From positions 1 through 47,510 of the forward strand of contig JBMYOI010000013.1 of the NCBI GenBank assembly GCA_049599135.1: a stretch of DNA of 47,510 bases, in the 5' to 3' direction. The notes beneath the pieces are model-generated. The model was not told the DNA's origin, ran no database searches, and saw nothing but the letters and a program-made list of their open reading frames with translations. The first letter of the stretch is position 1. Each line of letters begins with the position of its first letter. The DNA comes from Salibacteraceae bacterium (GTDB lineage: Bacteria; Bacteroidota; Bacteroidia; Flavobacteriales_G; Salibacteraceae). The position numbers and the translations under genes were made by a program. Below are positions 26,572 to 36,180 of the stretch, piece by piece.

Positions 26572-28488
26572 TTGAGCTTATTGATATTGATGATTCTGAC
26601 AAAACGCATAACCTCGATTTTCTGGAAAGCTACCACTACTCTCGCCTTCTTATTGTGTTTGACTTTAAATACGATTCAAGCTCAAAACATTGAATCCTTA
26701 AGAGATAGTTTGGGCAGTAATCCTGATTTTGCCATTACACAGTTAACCATCTTGCTTAATGAAGATTTAGATGACACCAACCGCTATTTAGCCAACTACT
26801 TTATAGGCAAGGCCTACCAAACCAAAGTTGAATACAATAAAGCCCTAGAATACTATGGAAATGCTGTTGAAATAGCATTAGAATTAAACGACACTTTTCG
26901 AATATATGACTCTCGAAATCAAGTGGGTTGGTCCAATTTCTACCAAGGAGAATATCAAGAGAGTTTTGAAGTGTATTTTGAAAACTACAAAATGTTGGCA
27001 GAAAGTAAAGACTGTAGAATGGTTCCTACTTCTATATTAAACGTAGCCAACCTTTATTATTACCAACACAAAAAAGTCAAGAGTTTAGAAATGCAGTATA
27101 AGGCGCACGCTAAAGCTGTTTTATGCAGAGACACCCATGTATTACAAACATCATGTAGAAACATTTCGGCTATATACACTGAGATACCGAAACCGGATAG
27201 CGCCATTTATTGGATGCGTAAAGGGATGGGTTATTTAGCTCCTGATGACTATAGTACTCGTGCAAACACCACCTCAATTTTGGCAGCTAATTACAAGTAT
27301 CCCGAACAAAAGGAATTGATGTACCAGACATTTAGAGAGGCAATAGAGCTAGCTGAAAAGAGCAGAGATTCTACTGTTATGGCCTTTACTTATTTGAAAA
27401 TAACGGGGTATTTCATACAAGAAAACCAAATAGATTCAGCAAGGTATTATTCCTCCAACGCATTAATGATATACCGACGAGCAAAAATGGCCGATGGTAT
27501 CATGCATGCGTTAAGCTACTTAACTGCCGTAAGCGATAAAGAAAAAGACCCTGAGGTTGCTTTAAAGCTTTACAAAGAGCTTTTTCTAATTAGAGATACC
27601 CTGGTTGACGAAATAACTACAATAAAAACTGCCGAGCTAGAAACCCTGTACGAAACAGAAAAAAAGGAAAAAGAAAACCTTAAGTTAAAAGCAGAAAACG
27701 TTACATCTCAAGCGCTTGTATTAGAAGAAAGAAATAAATCGAACCTCATACTTTTCTTTACCATTTTAACCATCTTGTTAATTGTTGGAATTGCAATAGT
27801 CCTTTTTTATCGTGTGAAGTTGAAGACCAAAAACGAACTAAACAAACTAGAAAAAGAAAAAACCAACGCGGTAATTGTAGCTGAAGAAAAAGAGCGTATT
27901 CGTATTGCACGTGAGCTACATGATGGCATCGGACAACAAATGAGCGGACTGAAACTTCAGTTCTCCAATTTTGTGACGCAATACTTGCCAACAAATTCAG
28001 AGGAAGAAAAAAACGCCCAGAAACTATTGAATATATTGGATGACTCTTGCTCTGAGGTGCGATCTATATCGCATCAAATGATGCCAAGAACCCTTAAAGA
28101 ATTAGGATTAGTAAAAGCATTAGAATCGATGCTTGAAAAGAGTTTAAATGGCACGAACATCAAATATCAATTTGAGCATTTTAAAGTTGACGAACGTTTT
28201 GAAAGTCGTATTGAGAATAGTTTATATCGAATATGCCAAGAGCTGGTAAACAACATCATGAAACACTCTCAGGCAAACCAAATCAGCGTTCAACTCTTTA
28301 AAAACAAGAGTTCATTGATTTTAATTGTTGAAGACAATGGAATTGGTTTCAACTCAACTGAAAAGAAAAATGGCATCGGATTACTCAACATGAGTAGTCG
28401 TATTGATACCATTAACGGCAAAATAAATTTTGAATCTAGTCCTGGAAGCGGCACTACAGCAACAATTCGAGTTCCTTTGGATAAATAA
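26572..28488 (+). CDS. TPR-repeat sensor histidine kinase (HisKA_3/HATPase_c, NarL-type partner class)
   Basis: 638 aa. Signal, periplasmic TPR-like repeats, one TM (LILFFTILTILLIVGIAIVLF), H-box RIARELHDGIGQQMS, C-terminal ATPase G-boxes (DNGIGF…GIGLLNM). No response regulator is adjacent. Confidence 0.85.
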   Translation: MSLLILMILTKRITSIFWKATTTLAFLLCLTLNTIQAQNIESLRDSLGSNPDFAITQLTILLNEDLDDTNRYLANYFIGKAYQTKVEYNKALEYYGNAVEIALELNDTFRIYDSRNQVGWSNFYQGEYQESFEVYFENYKMLAESKDCRMVPTSILNVANLYYYQHKKVKSLEMQYKAHAKAVLCRDTHVLQTSCRNISAIYTEIPKPDSAIYWMRKGMGYLAPDDYSTRANTTSILAANYKYPEQKELMYQTFREAIELAEKSRDSTVMAFTYLKITGYFIQENQIDSARYYSSNALMIYRRAKMADGIMHALSYLTAVSDKEKDPEVALKLYKELFLIRDTLVDEITTIKTAELETLYETEKKEKENLKLKAENVTSQALVLEERNKSNLILFFTILTILLIVGIAIVLFYRVKLKTKNELNKLEKEKTNAVIVAEEKERIRIARELHDGIGQQMSGLKLQFSNFVTQYLPTNSEEEKNAQKLLNILDDSCSEVRSISHQMMPRTLKELGLVKALESMLEKSLNGTNIKYQFEHFKVDERFESRIENSLYRICQELVNNIMKHSQANQISVQLFKNKSSLILIVEDNGIGFNSTEKKNGIGLLNMSSRIDTINGKINFESSPGSGTTATIRVPLDK

Positions 28489-28499
28489 CCTATTAAAAG

Positions 28500-29978
28500 T
28501 TACTTTCCAACAAACTTCTCTGATGCGCGCATAAGCGGACTCAAATACTGATCGTTTTCCACAAAAGGAACTTGCTCTCTGAACTTCGAAACCAACGCTT
28601 CAATTCTCACCGAAGATTTCATTGGTCGTCTAAATTCCAAAGCCTGGGCCCCATTCATAAGCTCAATACCGAGTACTCTCCTCAAATTCAATATCACTTT
28701 ATAGCACTTAGTAGCCGCATTAGCTCCCATGCTTACATGATCTTCTTGCCCGTTACTGCTATCAATGGTATCCACCGAAGAAGGTGTACATAGCTGTTTG
28801 TTCTGACTCACAATACTTGCCGCTGTGTACTGAGGAATCATAAAACCGCTATTTAAGCCCGAATTAGCGACCAAATAAGCAGGAAGTCCTCTTTGACCAG
28901 AAAGTAGCTTATACGTCCTCCTTTCGGATATAGAAGCCAATTCTGCGCATGCTATTGCCAACTGATCCAATATAAGTGCTAAAGGTTGCCCGTGAAAGTT
29001 CCCTCCACTTAAAATTTTATCCTTTTCAGGGAAAATAGTAGGATTGTCAGTAACCGCATTGATTTCGTTTTCAATAATCTTCTCAATATGTTTTAGAGAA
29101 TCTTTAGTAGCGCCATGAACTTGTGGCATACAACGGAACGAATATGGGTCTTGAACATGAGCCTTTTCTTGAACCGCTATTTCAGAACCAACCAAGTATT
29201 GACGAATATTTTTCGCTGTTTTTAATTGCCCAGTGTGATTTCTAATCGTATGTAAATCCTCATCAAATGGCTCTACCCTTCCGTCGAAAGCTTCTAAAGA
29301 AAGCGTACCAATTAAATCAGCCTTGTTCGATAGCTTTTTAGCATTGATAAAATTCCAAACAGAATAAGCACTCATAAACTGAGTTCCGTTTAATAATGCT
29401 AACCCCTCTTTGCTTTGTAATTCGATGGGAGACCAGCCAAATTCCTCGTAAATTTCGCTTGAATGTTTTCTTCGTCCATCATGAAAAACTTCGCCCTCTC
29501 CAATAAGCGGTAGAGCAAGGTGAGCCAATGGAGATAAATCACCAGAAGCACCTAAAGAACCCTGCTGATACACAATTGGTAAAATATCATTATTATACAA
29601 GTCAATCAAGCGATTTACTGTCGCTAACTGCACACCAGAATGCCCGTAACTCAATCCTTGGATTTTTAACAACAACATCAGTTTTACAATCTCTTGAGGC
29701 ACTTCAGCCCCCATTCCACAGGCATGTGAAAGGACCAAATTTCGTTGCAATTCATTCAGATTTTCGTTTGAAATCGTGTGATCGCACAAAGACCCAAATC
29801 CGGTATTAATTCCGTAAATCGGTTTTTCTGAAGAAGCCATTTTCTTATCCAAATAATCTCTACAAAGTGTAATTCGCTCTTGGGCGCTTTCACTTAGTTC
29901 GATAAAAAACTTCTTTTCAATCATTGCCTCAATTTGTTCGAGAGAAAGATGATAACCGGATATATTGTAAACTTCCAT
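28500..29978 (-). CDS. hutH: Histidine ammonia-lyase HutH (MIO-dependent)
   Basis: 492 aa. MIO-forming ASGDLSPLAHL. Selectivity region NLVLSHACGMGA matches HAL rather than TAL or PAL. Confidence 0.95.
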   Translation of the reverse strand: MEVYNISGYHLSLEQIEAMIEKKFFIELSESAQERITLCRDYLDKKMASSEKPIYGINTGFGSLCDHTISNENLNELQRNLVLSHACGMGAEVPQEIVKLMLLLKIQGLSYGHSGVQLATVNRLIDLYNNDILPIVYQQGSLGASGDLSPLAHLALPLIGEGEVFHDGRRKHSSEIYEEFGWSPIELQSKEGLALLNGTQFMSAYSVWNFINAKKLSNKADLIGTLSLEAFDGRVEPFDEDLHTIRNHTGQLKTAKNIRQYLVGSEIAVQEKAHVQDPYSFRCMPQVHGATKDSLKHIEKIIENEINAVTDNPTIFPEKDKILSGGNFHGQPLALILDQLAIACAELASISERRTYKLLSGQRGLPAYLVANSGLNSGFMIPQYTAASIVSQNKQLCTPSSVDTIDSSNGQEDHVSMGANAATKCYKVILNLRRVLGIELMNGAQALEFRRPMKSSVRIEALVSKFREQVPFVENDQYLSPLMRASEKFVGK

Positions 29979-29980
29979 AA

Positions 29981-31297
29981 TTAACTTAGTTTTTTAATAG
30001 TTTCATTTATCGCCAAGTTCCATTGCTCGCCACTCGCCATTTCCTTAATAGAAAGGGTTTGGGCTTCAATTTCACGATCACCAACAAGCGCCACATAAGG
30101 GATTTTCTTGTCGTTAGCGTATTTCATTTGTTTTTTCATTTTGGCGGAGTCAGGGTAAACTTCAGTTCTTATTCCTGCTGCCCTTAATTCCTTTGCCCAC
30201 TTCATGCATTGGCCAGCCTCCTTGTCTCCAAAGTTGACAAACATGATCTGAGTTGTAGTTTCAACGTTTTCTGGAAACAATCCTTTATCCAACATCAAAT
30301 CATAGATACGATCTGCACCAAAAGAGACACCTACCCCAGAAACATTCTTTAGTCCAAATATTCCAGTCAAATCGTCGTATCGACCACCTCCACAAATGCT
30401 GGAAGGAAACTCAGGGTGTGTAACTTCAAAAATAGCTCCTGTGTAGTAGTTTAAACCACGCGCCAAAGTTGGATCAAACTCACATTGAGTTATTCCTAAA
30501 TCAGTCGATTTGTTCAATAAAAAAGTCAATTCTTCAATTCCTTTCATTCCTATCTCAGAATCAGAAACGAATTTTTTAACTGATTCAATATCAGAAGACT
30601 CAAACAACACACCTAAACTTTTAATTGCGGTATCAGAGATGCCTTTTTGAGCCAATTCGTCTTCTACTTTATCGCGTCCAATTTTATCCAATTTATCTAA
30701 CGCAATAGTGATGTCAATTAGCTTTTCAGGCTCACCAATCACCTCGGCAATACCTTGTAATATTTTGCGGTTATTTAACTTAATGGATACATCTGGTAAG
30801 CCAAGGTTACCAAAAACCTCAGCAATAACCTGAATCAATTCAACTTCGTTTAACAGTGAGTCAGAACCAATGGTATCAATATCGCATTGAAAAAATTCTC
30901 GGTACCTCCCCTTTTGAGGTCTATCTGCCCTCCAAACTGGTTGTATCTGGTATCTTCTAAAAGGAAAACTCAATTCGTTTTGGTGCTGTACCACGAATCG
31001 AGCAAATGGCACGGTTAAATCATACCTTAAAGCTTCTTCTGAGAGAGATTTCTCTACTCCGCCTAACAAAGCTTTATTCAATTTCTCTCCTCTAGCCAAT
31101 ATTTTAAAAATCAGCCGATCTCCTTCTTCCCCATATTTACCCATCAAGGTTTCCTTAAGTTCCATGGCGGGCGTTTCTATAGGAGAAAAGCCATAGGTTT
31201 TAAACACCTGCTTGATAGAATTGAACAGATAATCTCTTCTTGAGGCTTGCTCAGGTAAAAAATCTCTAGTTCCTTTAGGGGTATTTAGTTTTGCCAT
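29981..31297 (-). CDS. hisS: Histidine--tRNA ligase HisS
   Basis: 438 aa. Class II motifs (GTRDFLP…; FRRYQIQPVWRADRPQKGRYREFFQCDID; GGGRYDDL). C-terminal anticodon-binding domain. Confidence 0.9.
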   Translation of the reverse strand: MAKLNTPKGTRDFLPEQASRRDYLFNSIKQVFKTYGFSPIETPAMELKETLMGKYGEEGDRLIFKILARGEKLNKALLGGVEKSLSEEALRYDLTVPFARFVVQHQNELSFPFRRYQIQPVWRADRPQKGRYREFFQCDIDTIGSDSLLNEVELIQVIAEVFGNLGLPDVSIKLNNRKILQGIAEVIGEPEKLIDITIALDKLDKIGRDKVEDELAQKGISDTAIKSLGVLFESSDIESVKKFVSDSEIGMKGIEELTFLLNKSTDLGITQCEFDPTLARGLNYYTGAIFEVTHPEFPSSICGGGRYDDLTGIFGLKNVSGVGVSFGADRIYDLMLDKGLFPENVETTTQIMFVNFGDKEAGQCMKWAKELRAAGIRTEVYPDSAKMKKQMKYANDKKIPYVALVGDREIEAQTLSIKEMASGEQWNLAINETIKKLS

Positions 31298-31428
31298 GTT
31301 GAATACTCTTATTTTTACGAGGATTGCGAAGTTAGTACAAGCACGGTTTCTAACTGGTCAGAATTAGTCAATTTATAAGGTGTGTTTTCAACGATTAATT
31401 TTCACTCAAATTAGTTAAAGTAAAATTT

Positions 31429-31857
31429 ATGAAAAAGCCATTAATTATATCAATACCAATTATTTATATTGTTATTTTTAGTTGTGTTACAAAATCCATT
31501 TCCCCGCAAATTGGAACTTGGCAATTACAAAAAATCGAATTCTTTGATAGTACGCAGCAAGAATGGAAGGTGTCAGAATGGATGAAGAATGGCAGCGGAA
31601 CTCTCAATTATTCCAACGATTCAATGATGAGCGTAGAGTTTTTACCATTCAACTACAATGTAGATAGTACTGGTCGTTATGCTTATACCGCAAAATACAG
31701 TTTCAACAAAACGCTAAACCAAGTGACCCATACTCGATTAACCCATACAGATCCTAAAGAAATTGGAAAAACAGTAACTCGAATTATTGAAATTCAAGGA
31801 GATACACTCACAATGAATGCAAAAGAATTTGGATTAAGACTTAAATGGTATCGTTAG
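31429..31857 (+). CDS. Lipocalin-like domain lipoprotein (GTW-start lipocalin-like fold), function unknown
   Basis: 142 aa. Signal plus Cys (VIFSCVTK). GTWQLQKIEF is typical of bacterial lipocalin-like domains. Confidence 0.5.
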   Translation: MKKPLIISIPIIYIVIFSCVTKSISPQIGTWQLQKIEFFDSTQQEWKVSEWMKNGSGTLNYSNDSMMSVEFLPFNYNVDSTGRYAYTAKYSFNKTLNQVTHTRLTHTDPKEIGKTVTRIIEIQGDTLTMNAKEFGLRLKWYR

Positions 31858-32924
31858 GAGACTTTAAAGTCTTTAGTTGGAGGAACACCAAAGTAAATGC
31901 GATAAGCACGGCTAAATGCGCTTAAATCGGAGTAATTAAGGAGATAAGCCAGTTCGCTTAAGTTACATTTCCTCTTTCTGATTTCATTTCGAGCAAACTC
32001 AAGTAAATTCATTTCTAATAAATGACGAAAAGAAGTATCCTCATCTTTCAAACGACGTTGCATCGTTCGCACACCTACATTCAATTCGCGAGCTACGTCT
32101 TCTACTCGAGCTCTATCAGGCAGCGTGTTCACTATAATTTTTGAAACTTGTTGTACAATGGTGTCTCGTTTTTCAAGCCTTGCCTTGCGTTCTTCAGCAA
32201 AACGAAGCATATGCTTAAGTAATGCGTTATCAGCTGAGGATATTCGAGCATCTAAATCTTGTTTTCTAAAAACAACTGAATTTCTAAGATCTCTAATAAA
32301 TACTTGACAACCAAACCAACCTTGTAATTCTTTAAAAACCACACGAGGCTGGTAATCAAGGGTAACTTTAATTGGCACAAACCTTCTGTTAGTAAGCGCT
32401 TCGTATTGTTTCAGTAAAAAATAAATAGATCCTTCAAGCGTATGCTGAAACGAATCTTCACAATTCATTCTCCACGATCTATCAAAACCATAAATTAACT
32501 CATAAGTATATTCAGTCTCTTCTAATCGCATTGGCAGGCTTTGACAGCCTAACATAGCAAATTCACAAGCATATTCAATTGCCTCCTTGACAGTTGAACA
32601 ATTTTGAGCCAATTGAATGATTAAACCAGCAGCGCTAAGGTTCATAGACTGAGAAATGTGAATACCCAGTAAATTATCGTTTGTTCCTTTTAGCGCTTCA
32701 GAAAATGTTTCATTGAATTTTCGATAATCAAGCTCAGCACCTTCTTCAAGTAGTTTTTCTCTACTTAATCCAGTGGCTTCAATTAACTTATCGTAATTAG
32801 CACCTCTTCGAGCTGCTTGATCAACAATCTGACTTACAAATTTTCCGTTAAATGGCATGCCACGAAGAAATATAGAACTGTCATCAAATGACAAGTCTTT
32901 GGCATAAAATGAATAACAACCCAT
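31854..32924 (-). CDS. AraC-family transcriptional regulator (N-terminal AraC-type ligand-binding domain, C-terminal HTH_18)
   Basis: 356 aa. C-terminal LAYLLNYSDLSAFSRAYRIYFGVPP. Confidence 0.8.
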   Translation of the reverse strand: MGCYSFYAKDLSFDDSSIFLRGMPFNGKFVSQIVDQAARRGANYDKLIEATGLSREKLLEEGAELDYRKFNETFSEALKGTNDNLLGIHISQSMNLSAAGLIIQLAQNCSTVKEAIEYACEFAMLGCQSLPMRLEETEYTYELIYGFDRSWRMNCEDSFQHTLEGSIYFLLKQYEALTNRRFVPIKVTLDYQPRVVFKELQGWFGCQVFIRDLRNSVVFRKQDLDARISSADNALLKHMLRFAEERKARLEKRDTIVQQVSKIIVNTLPDRARVEDVARELNVGVRTMQRRLKDEDTSFRHLLEMNLLEFARNEIRKRKCNLSELAYLLNYSDLSAFSRAYRIYFGVPPTKDFKVS

Positions 32925-32962
32925 TGTTGATTACCTCAAATTTGCTCAAAACAAATAATAGC

Positions 32963-33421
32963 ATGAAAAATATTGAAACCGAGATTAAGATTAACGCAAA
33001 CCCTTCTATAGTATGGGAAGTATTGACAAACCTCAACAGCTATAACGAATGGAATCCATTTATTATTGAATCGAAAGGCAAAATCAAATTGGGCAAACAG
33101 ATTACAAATACCATGTTAAATGGAGAAAAAAAAATGACATTTAAACCAATTGTTACCCAAATAAAAGAACATAAACGCTTTGAGTGGCTGGGTTCATTAT
33201 GGATAAAAGGGCTTTTTGACGGGCGACATTATTTCGAGTTGAAAAAACTAAACGATGAATCCACCCTTCTCGTTCATGGTGAATACTTTAGTGGCCTACT
33301 AAGCGGAGTGATTCTAAATTCAATTAAACAAGACACTTTAAATGGATTTAGCCGAATGAATGAAGCTTTAAAAAACCGAGTTGAACAAAATGAAACAAAT
33401 AGAAATACAACTAACCCCTAA
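32963..33421 (+). CDS. SRPBCC-superfamily protein (polyketide-cyclase/AHSA1-like ligand-binding fold)
   Basis: MKNIETEIKINANPSIVWEVLTNLNSYNEWNPF is typical of SRPBCC. I used the internal ATG; the upstream extension has no support. Confidence 0.6.
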   Translation: MKNIETEIKINANPSIVWEVLTNLNSYNEWNPFIIESKGKIKLGKQITNTMLNGEKKMTFKPIVTQIKEHKRFEWLGSLWIKGLFDGRHYFELKKLNDESTLLVHGEYFSGLLSGVILNSIKQDTLNGFSRMNEALKNRVEQNETNRNTTNP

Positions 33422-33797
33422 GGAAAGAGGGTTTCACTTAATTACTCAGGAAATAGAAAATTCAATTCCTCATTTACCTCAAATTGGACTTCTACATTTA
33501 TTTATTCAGCATACCTCAGCAGCACTTACTATCAACGAAAATGCTGACCCTTCGGTACGCGTTGATTTCGAAAATTGGTTCAATAATAATGTTAGAGAAA
33601 ACGAGCCTTATTTCACTCATACCTATGAAGGACCTGACGATATGCCAGCGCATATTAAATCTAGTTTAATAGGGCAAAACCTAACCATACCTGTTAAAAA
33701 TGGCAGGCTTCACTTAGGAACTTGGCAGGGGATTTATTTATGTGAGTTCAGAAATAGCGGTGGTCGCAGAAGAATCGTCGCTACTACTCAAGGTTAG
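33390..33797 (+). CDS. YjbQ/UPF0047 family (secondary thiamine-phosphate synthase-like) protein
   Basis: ITQEI…LLHLFIQHTSAALTINENADPSVRVDFENW…HIKSSLIGQNLTIPVKNGRLHLGTWQGIYLCEF is conserved YjbQ-family sequence. It overlaps the SRPBCC gene by ~30 nt. Confidence 0.8.
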   Translation: MKQIEIQLTPKERGFHLITQEIENSIPHLPQIGLLHLFIQHTSAALTINENADPSVRVDFENWFNNNVRENEPYFTHTYEGPDDMPAHIKSSLIGQNLTIPVKNGRLHLGTWQGIYLCEFRNSGGRRRIVATTQG

Positions 33798-33806
33798 GTT
33801 CTGTTT

Positions 33807-34151
33807 TTAGCCAAGAAGAATCTTTTCAACTTCTAACCATGGCATTAAACCACCAATGTTTCGATCATCAATAAATACATCAGCTTTAATCAAACGGCTT
33901 CTACCAGGCCTCCACTCATCGTCAGGTGAAGAAGCATTAGCGGCATAAAGTTCAATTCCATTTTTTTGGCAATAATCAACTGCATCTTTGAGGGTTTCGC
34001 CATAACGGTAAGTCCATAAGATGATTTTATGCCCCGCATTTTGCAATTTAATAATGGTTTCAATTGCATTAGGAATAGGCTTCCCAATTTTGGGGTACAT
34101 GTGTTCTACAATGGTTCCGTCAAAATCTACTGCAATAGTCATTACTTCCAA
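33807..34151 (-). CDS. Small HAD-like phosphatase-fold protein (DFDGTIV motif I, DD motif IV retained)
   Basis: 114 aa. AVDFDGTIVEHMYPKIGKP…ILWTYR…VFIDDRNIGG. Confidence 0.55.
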   Translation of the reverse strand: MEVMTIAVDFDGTIVEHMYPKIGKPIPNAIETIIKLQNAGHKIILWTYRYGETLKDAVDYCQKNGIELYAANASSPDDEWRPGRSRLIKADVFIDDRNIGGLMPWLEVEKILLG

Positions 34152-34561
34152 ATCATTTTAGCCACTTTATCAAAGAAGCTTGTTTTCTGTGGCAGCTGAT
34201 CATAAAGTTCATTTTCACCACCTAAGGATTTTAACTCTTGGAAAATTTCTCCCCAGCCTTCAACGCCACCAATGTTCTTATGACTAATAAAAACTTCGCA
34301 GTTTAACTTTCTACTTGCACTAACGTCATCAAACTTTTCTTCAGGATAGCTATTATTTACAGCATAAAACTCTACACCATTTTTTCTACAGAATTCAACT
34401 GCTTCTTCTAACTCATCTCCCTCTCGTGTAGTCCACAATAACAACTGATACCTTTTCTTTTGCATTTCACGAAGTGTTTCAAATGCAAAAATTTTAGGAT
34501 CACCAATTTCAGGGTAATTATCCTCTACAATGGTACCGTCAAAGTCTATAGCTATAACCAA
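34142..34561 (-). CDS. Small HAD-like paralog, tandem duplicate of 33807..34151 (motif IV DD replaced by SH)
   Basis: 139 aa. AIDFDGTIVEDNYPEIGDP…LLWTTR…VFISHKNIGG. It overlaps the downstream paralog by 10 nt. Confidence 0.55.
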   Translation of the reverse strand: MVIAIDFDGTIVEDNYPEIGDPKIFAFETLREMQKKRYQLLLWTTREGDELEEAVEFCRKNGVEFYAVNNSYPEEKFDDVSASRKLNCEVFISHKNIGGVEGWGEIFQELKSLGGENELYDQLPQKTSFFDKVAKMIWK

Positions 34562-34576
34562 ACCCCGGCTCTTCGT

Positions 34577-35182
34577 TTAAATAAATTCGGCTGATATTAC
34601 ATTTAGATTATCATCTAAATCGTAAACATAAGGAGTTCCTGTAGCAATTTCTTTCGCCAGAATCTCTTCCGGGCTTAAGTCTTCCATATACATAACTAAC
34701 GAACGTAAGCTGTTTCCGTGCGCCACAACCAAAACATTTTTACCTGCTTTAAGCATTGGCTCAATATGCTCTTTATAAAAAGGAATAACGCGTTCTCTTG
34801 TTAATTTTAAACTTTCTCCACCTGGAGGAGGAATATCGTAACTTCTTCTCCAAATTAAAACCTGATCTTCACCAAACTTTTTGCGAGCTTCATCCTTATC
34901 CATACCTTGAAGGTCGCCATACATGCGTTCATTCAAAGCCTCGTCTTTCATAACGGGAATACCTCTTTGAGAAGTCTCTTCTAATATAAAGTCTAAAGTT
35001 CTGTTAGCTCGTTTTAAAACAGAAGAATAAGCGTTATCAAACTTAAATTCGCTTAACCTTTCACCAGCAGACTTAGCTTCTGCTTCTCCTTTTTCAGTTA
35101 AATCTACATCAACCCATCCGGTGAATTTATTTTCTAAATTCCATTGAGATTGACCATGTCTAACAAGTACTAATGCGGGCAT
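34577..35182 (-). CDS. Histidine-phosphatase superfamily protein, phosphoglycerate mutase (GpmA/GpmB)-like
   Basis: LVRHGQSQWNLENKFTGWVDVDLTEKG (RHG catalytic motif) and a later AHGNSLR motif. Confidence 0.8.
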   Translation of the reverse strand: MPALVLVRHGQSQWNLENKFTGWVDVDLTEKGEAEAKSAGERLSEFKFDNAYSSVLKRANRTLDFILEETSQRGIPVMKDEALNERMYGDLQGMDKDEARKKFGEDQVLIWRRSYDIPPPGGESLKLTRERVIPFYKEHIEPMLKAGKNVLVVAHGNSLRSLVMYMEDLSPEEILAKEIATGTPYVYDLDDNLNVISAEFI

Positions 35183-35367
35183 TGTTCTAATAATTTGTGA
35201 ATTTCAAAGGTAACACTACAACATCACCTACTCTCATCTATTTAAAACAATTCAACCATTTTTTAAACAGGTTATCAGTTCATTTTTAATAAGTATTAAG
35301 ATTCTTTATCCTAGAGGCATTACTTATATTTGACATCAAATAAATTTTCAATTTTAAAACAAATCAC

Positions 35368-35973
35368 ATGTCTTTTACATTACCTGAACTAGGATACGAC
35401 TACAATGCACTAGAACCAAACATAGATGCAACAACAATGGAAATTCACCATAGCAAACATCACAATAGCTATACAACTAATTTAAATAACGCTATTGGCG
35501 GAACAGACGCTGAAGGCAAATCGATTGAAGAAATCTTAAATAATATTTCAAATTATGGTCCTGCTGTAAGAAACAACGGTGGTGGGTATTTCAACCATTG
35601 CATGTTTTGGGAAGTTATGTCTCCAAATGGCGGCGGAACACCAACTGGTGAATTAGCGGATGCTATTGAGTCTGATTTAGGTGGGTTCGAAGCTTTTAAA
35701 GATGCTTTTTCTAAAGCTGCAGCTACTCGTTTTGGTTCGGGTTGGGCTTGGCTTTGTGTAAATGGAGGAAAATTGGAAGTATGTTCTACTGCTAATCAAG
35801 ACAACCCATTAATGCCAGATGCTGGCTGTGATGGAACTCCAATTTTATGTTTGGACGTTTGGGAGCATGCTTACTACCTAAAATACCAAAACAGAAGACC
35901 AGAGTACATCAACAACTTTTTTAATGTTGTGAACTGGGATGAAGTTAATCGAAGATACATGGCTGCTAAATAA
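35368..35973 (+). CDS. Fe/Mn superoxide dismutase
   Basis: [13 protein letters not shown]…HHSKHH…[18 protein letters not shown]. Confidence 0.95.
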   Translation: MSFTLPELGYDYNALEPNIDATTMEIHHSKHHNSYTTNLNNAIGGTDAEGKSIEEILNNISNYGPAVRNNGGGYFNHCMFWEVMSPNGGGTPTGELADAIESDLGGFEAFKDAFSKAAATRFGSGWAWLCVNGGKLEVCSTANQDNPLMPDAGCDGTPILCLDVWEHAYYLKYQNRRPEYINNFFNVVNWDEVNRRYMAAK

Positions 35974-35993
35974 GCAGGTTAAAACTCTTTTGA

Positions 35994-36028
35994 AAAAGCG
36001 GTGTCATTTATTTGGCTCCGCTTTTTTT
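35994..36028 (+). terminator. Rho-independent terminator downstream of the SOD gene
   Basis: aaaagcgg…ccgc stem followed by T7 (ggctccgcttttttt), ~20 nt after the stop. Confidence 0.55.
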
Positions 36029-36180
36029 ATGGCATGATTTCAACATACGGCTTTTCATGAAGGAAGAATGACTGAAATAATCTCGACTTATTTACTGGTA
36101 AAGCATAATAGAAATAAATCCCACGTTTCAACACACAATTGTAAATGCATTAATATTCTGAAGTTTATTACTTTAGCTAA

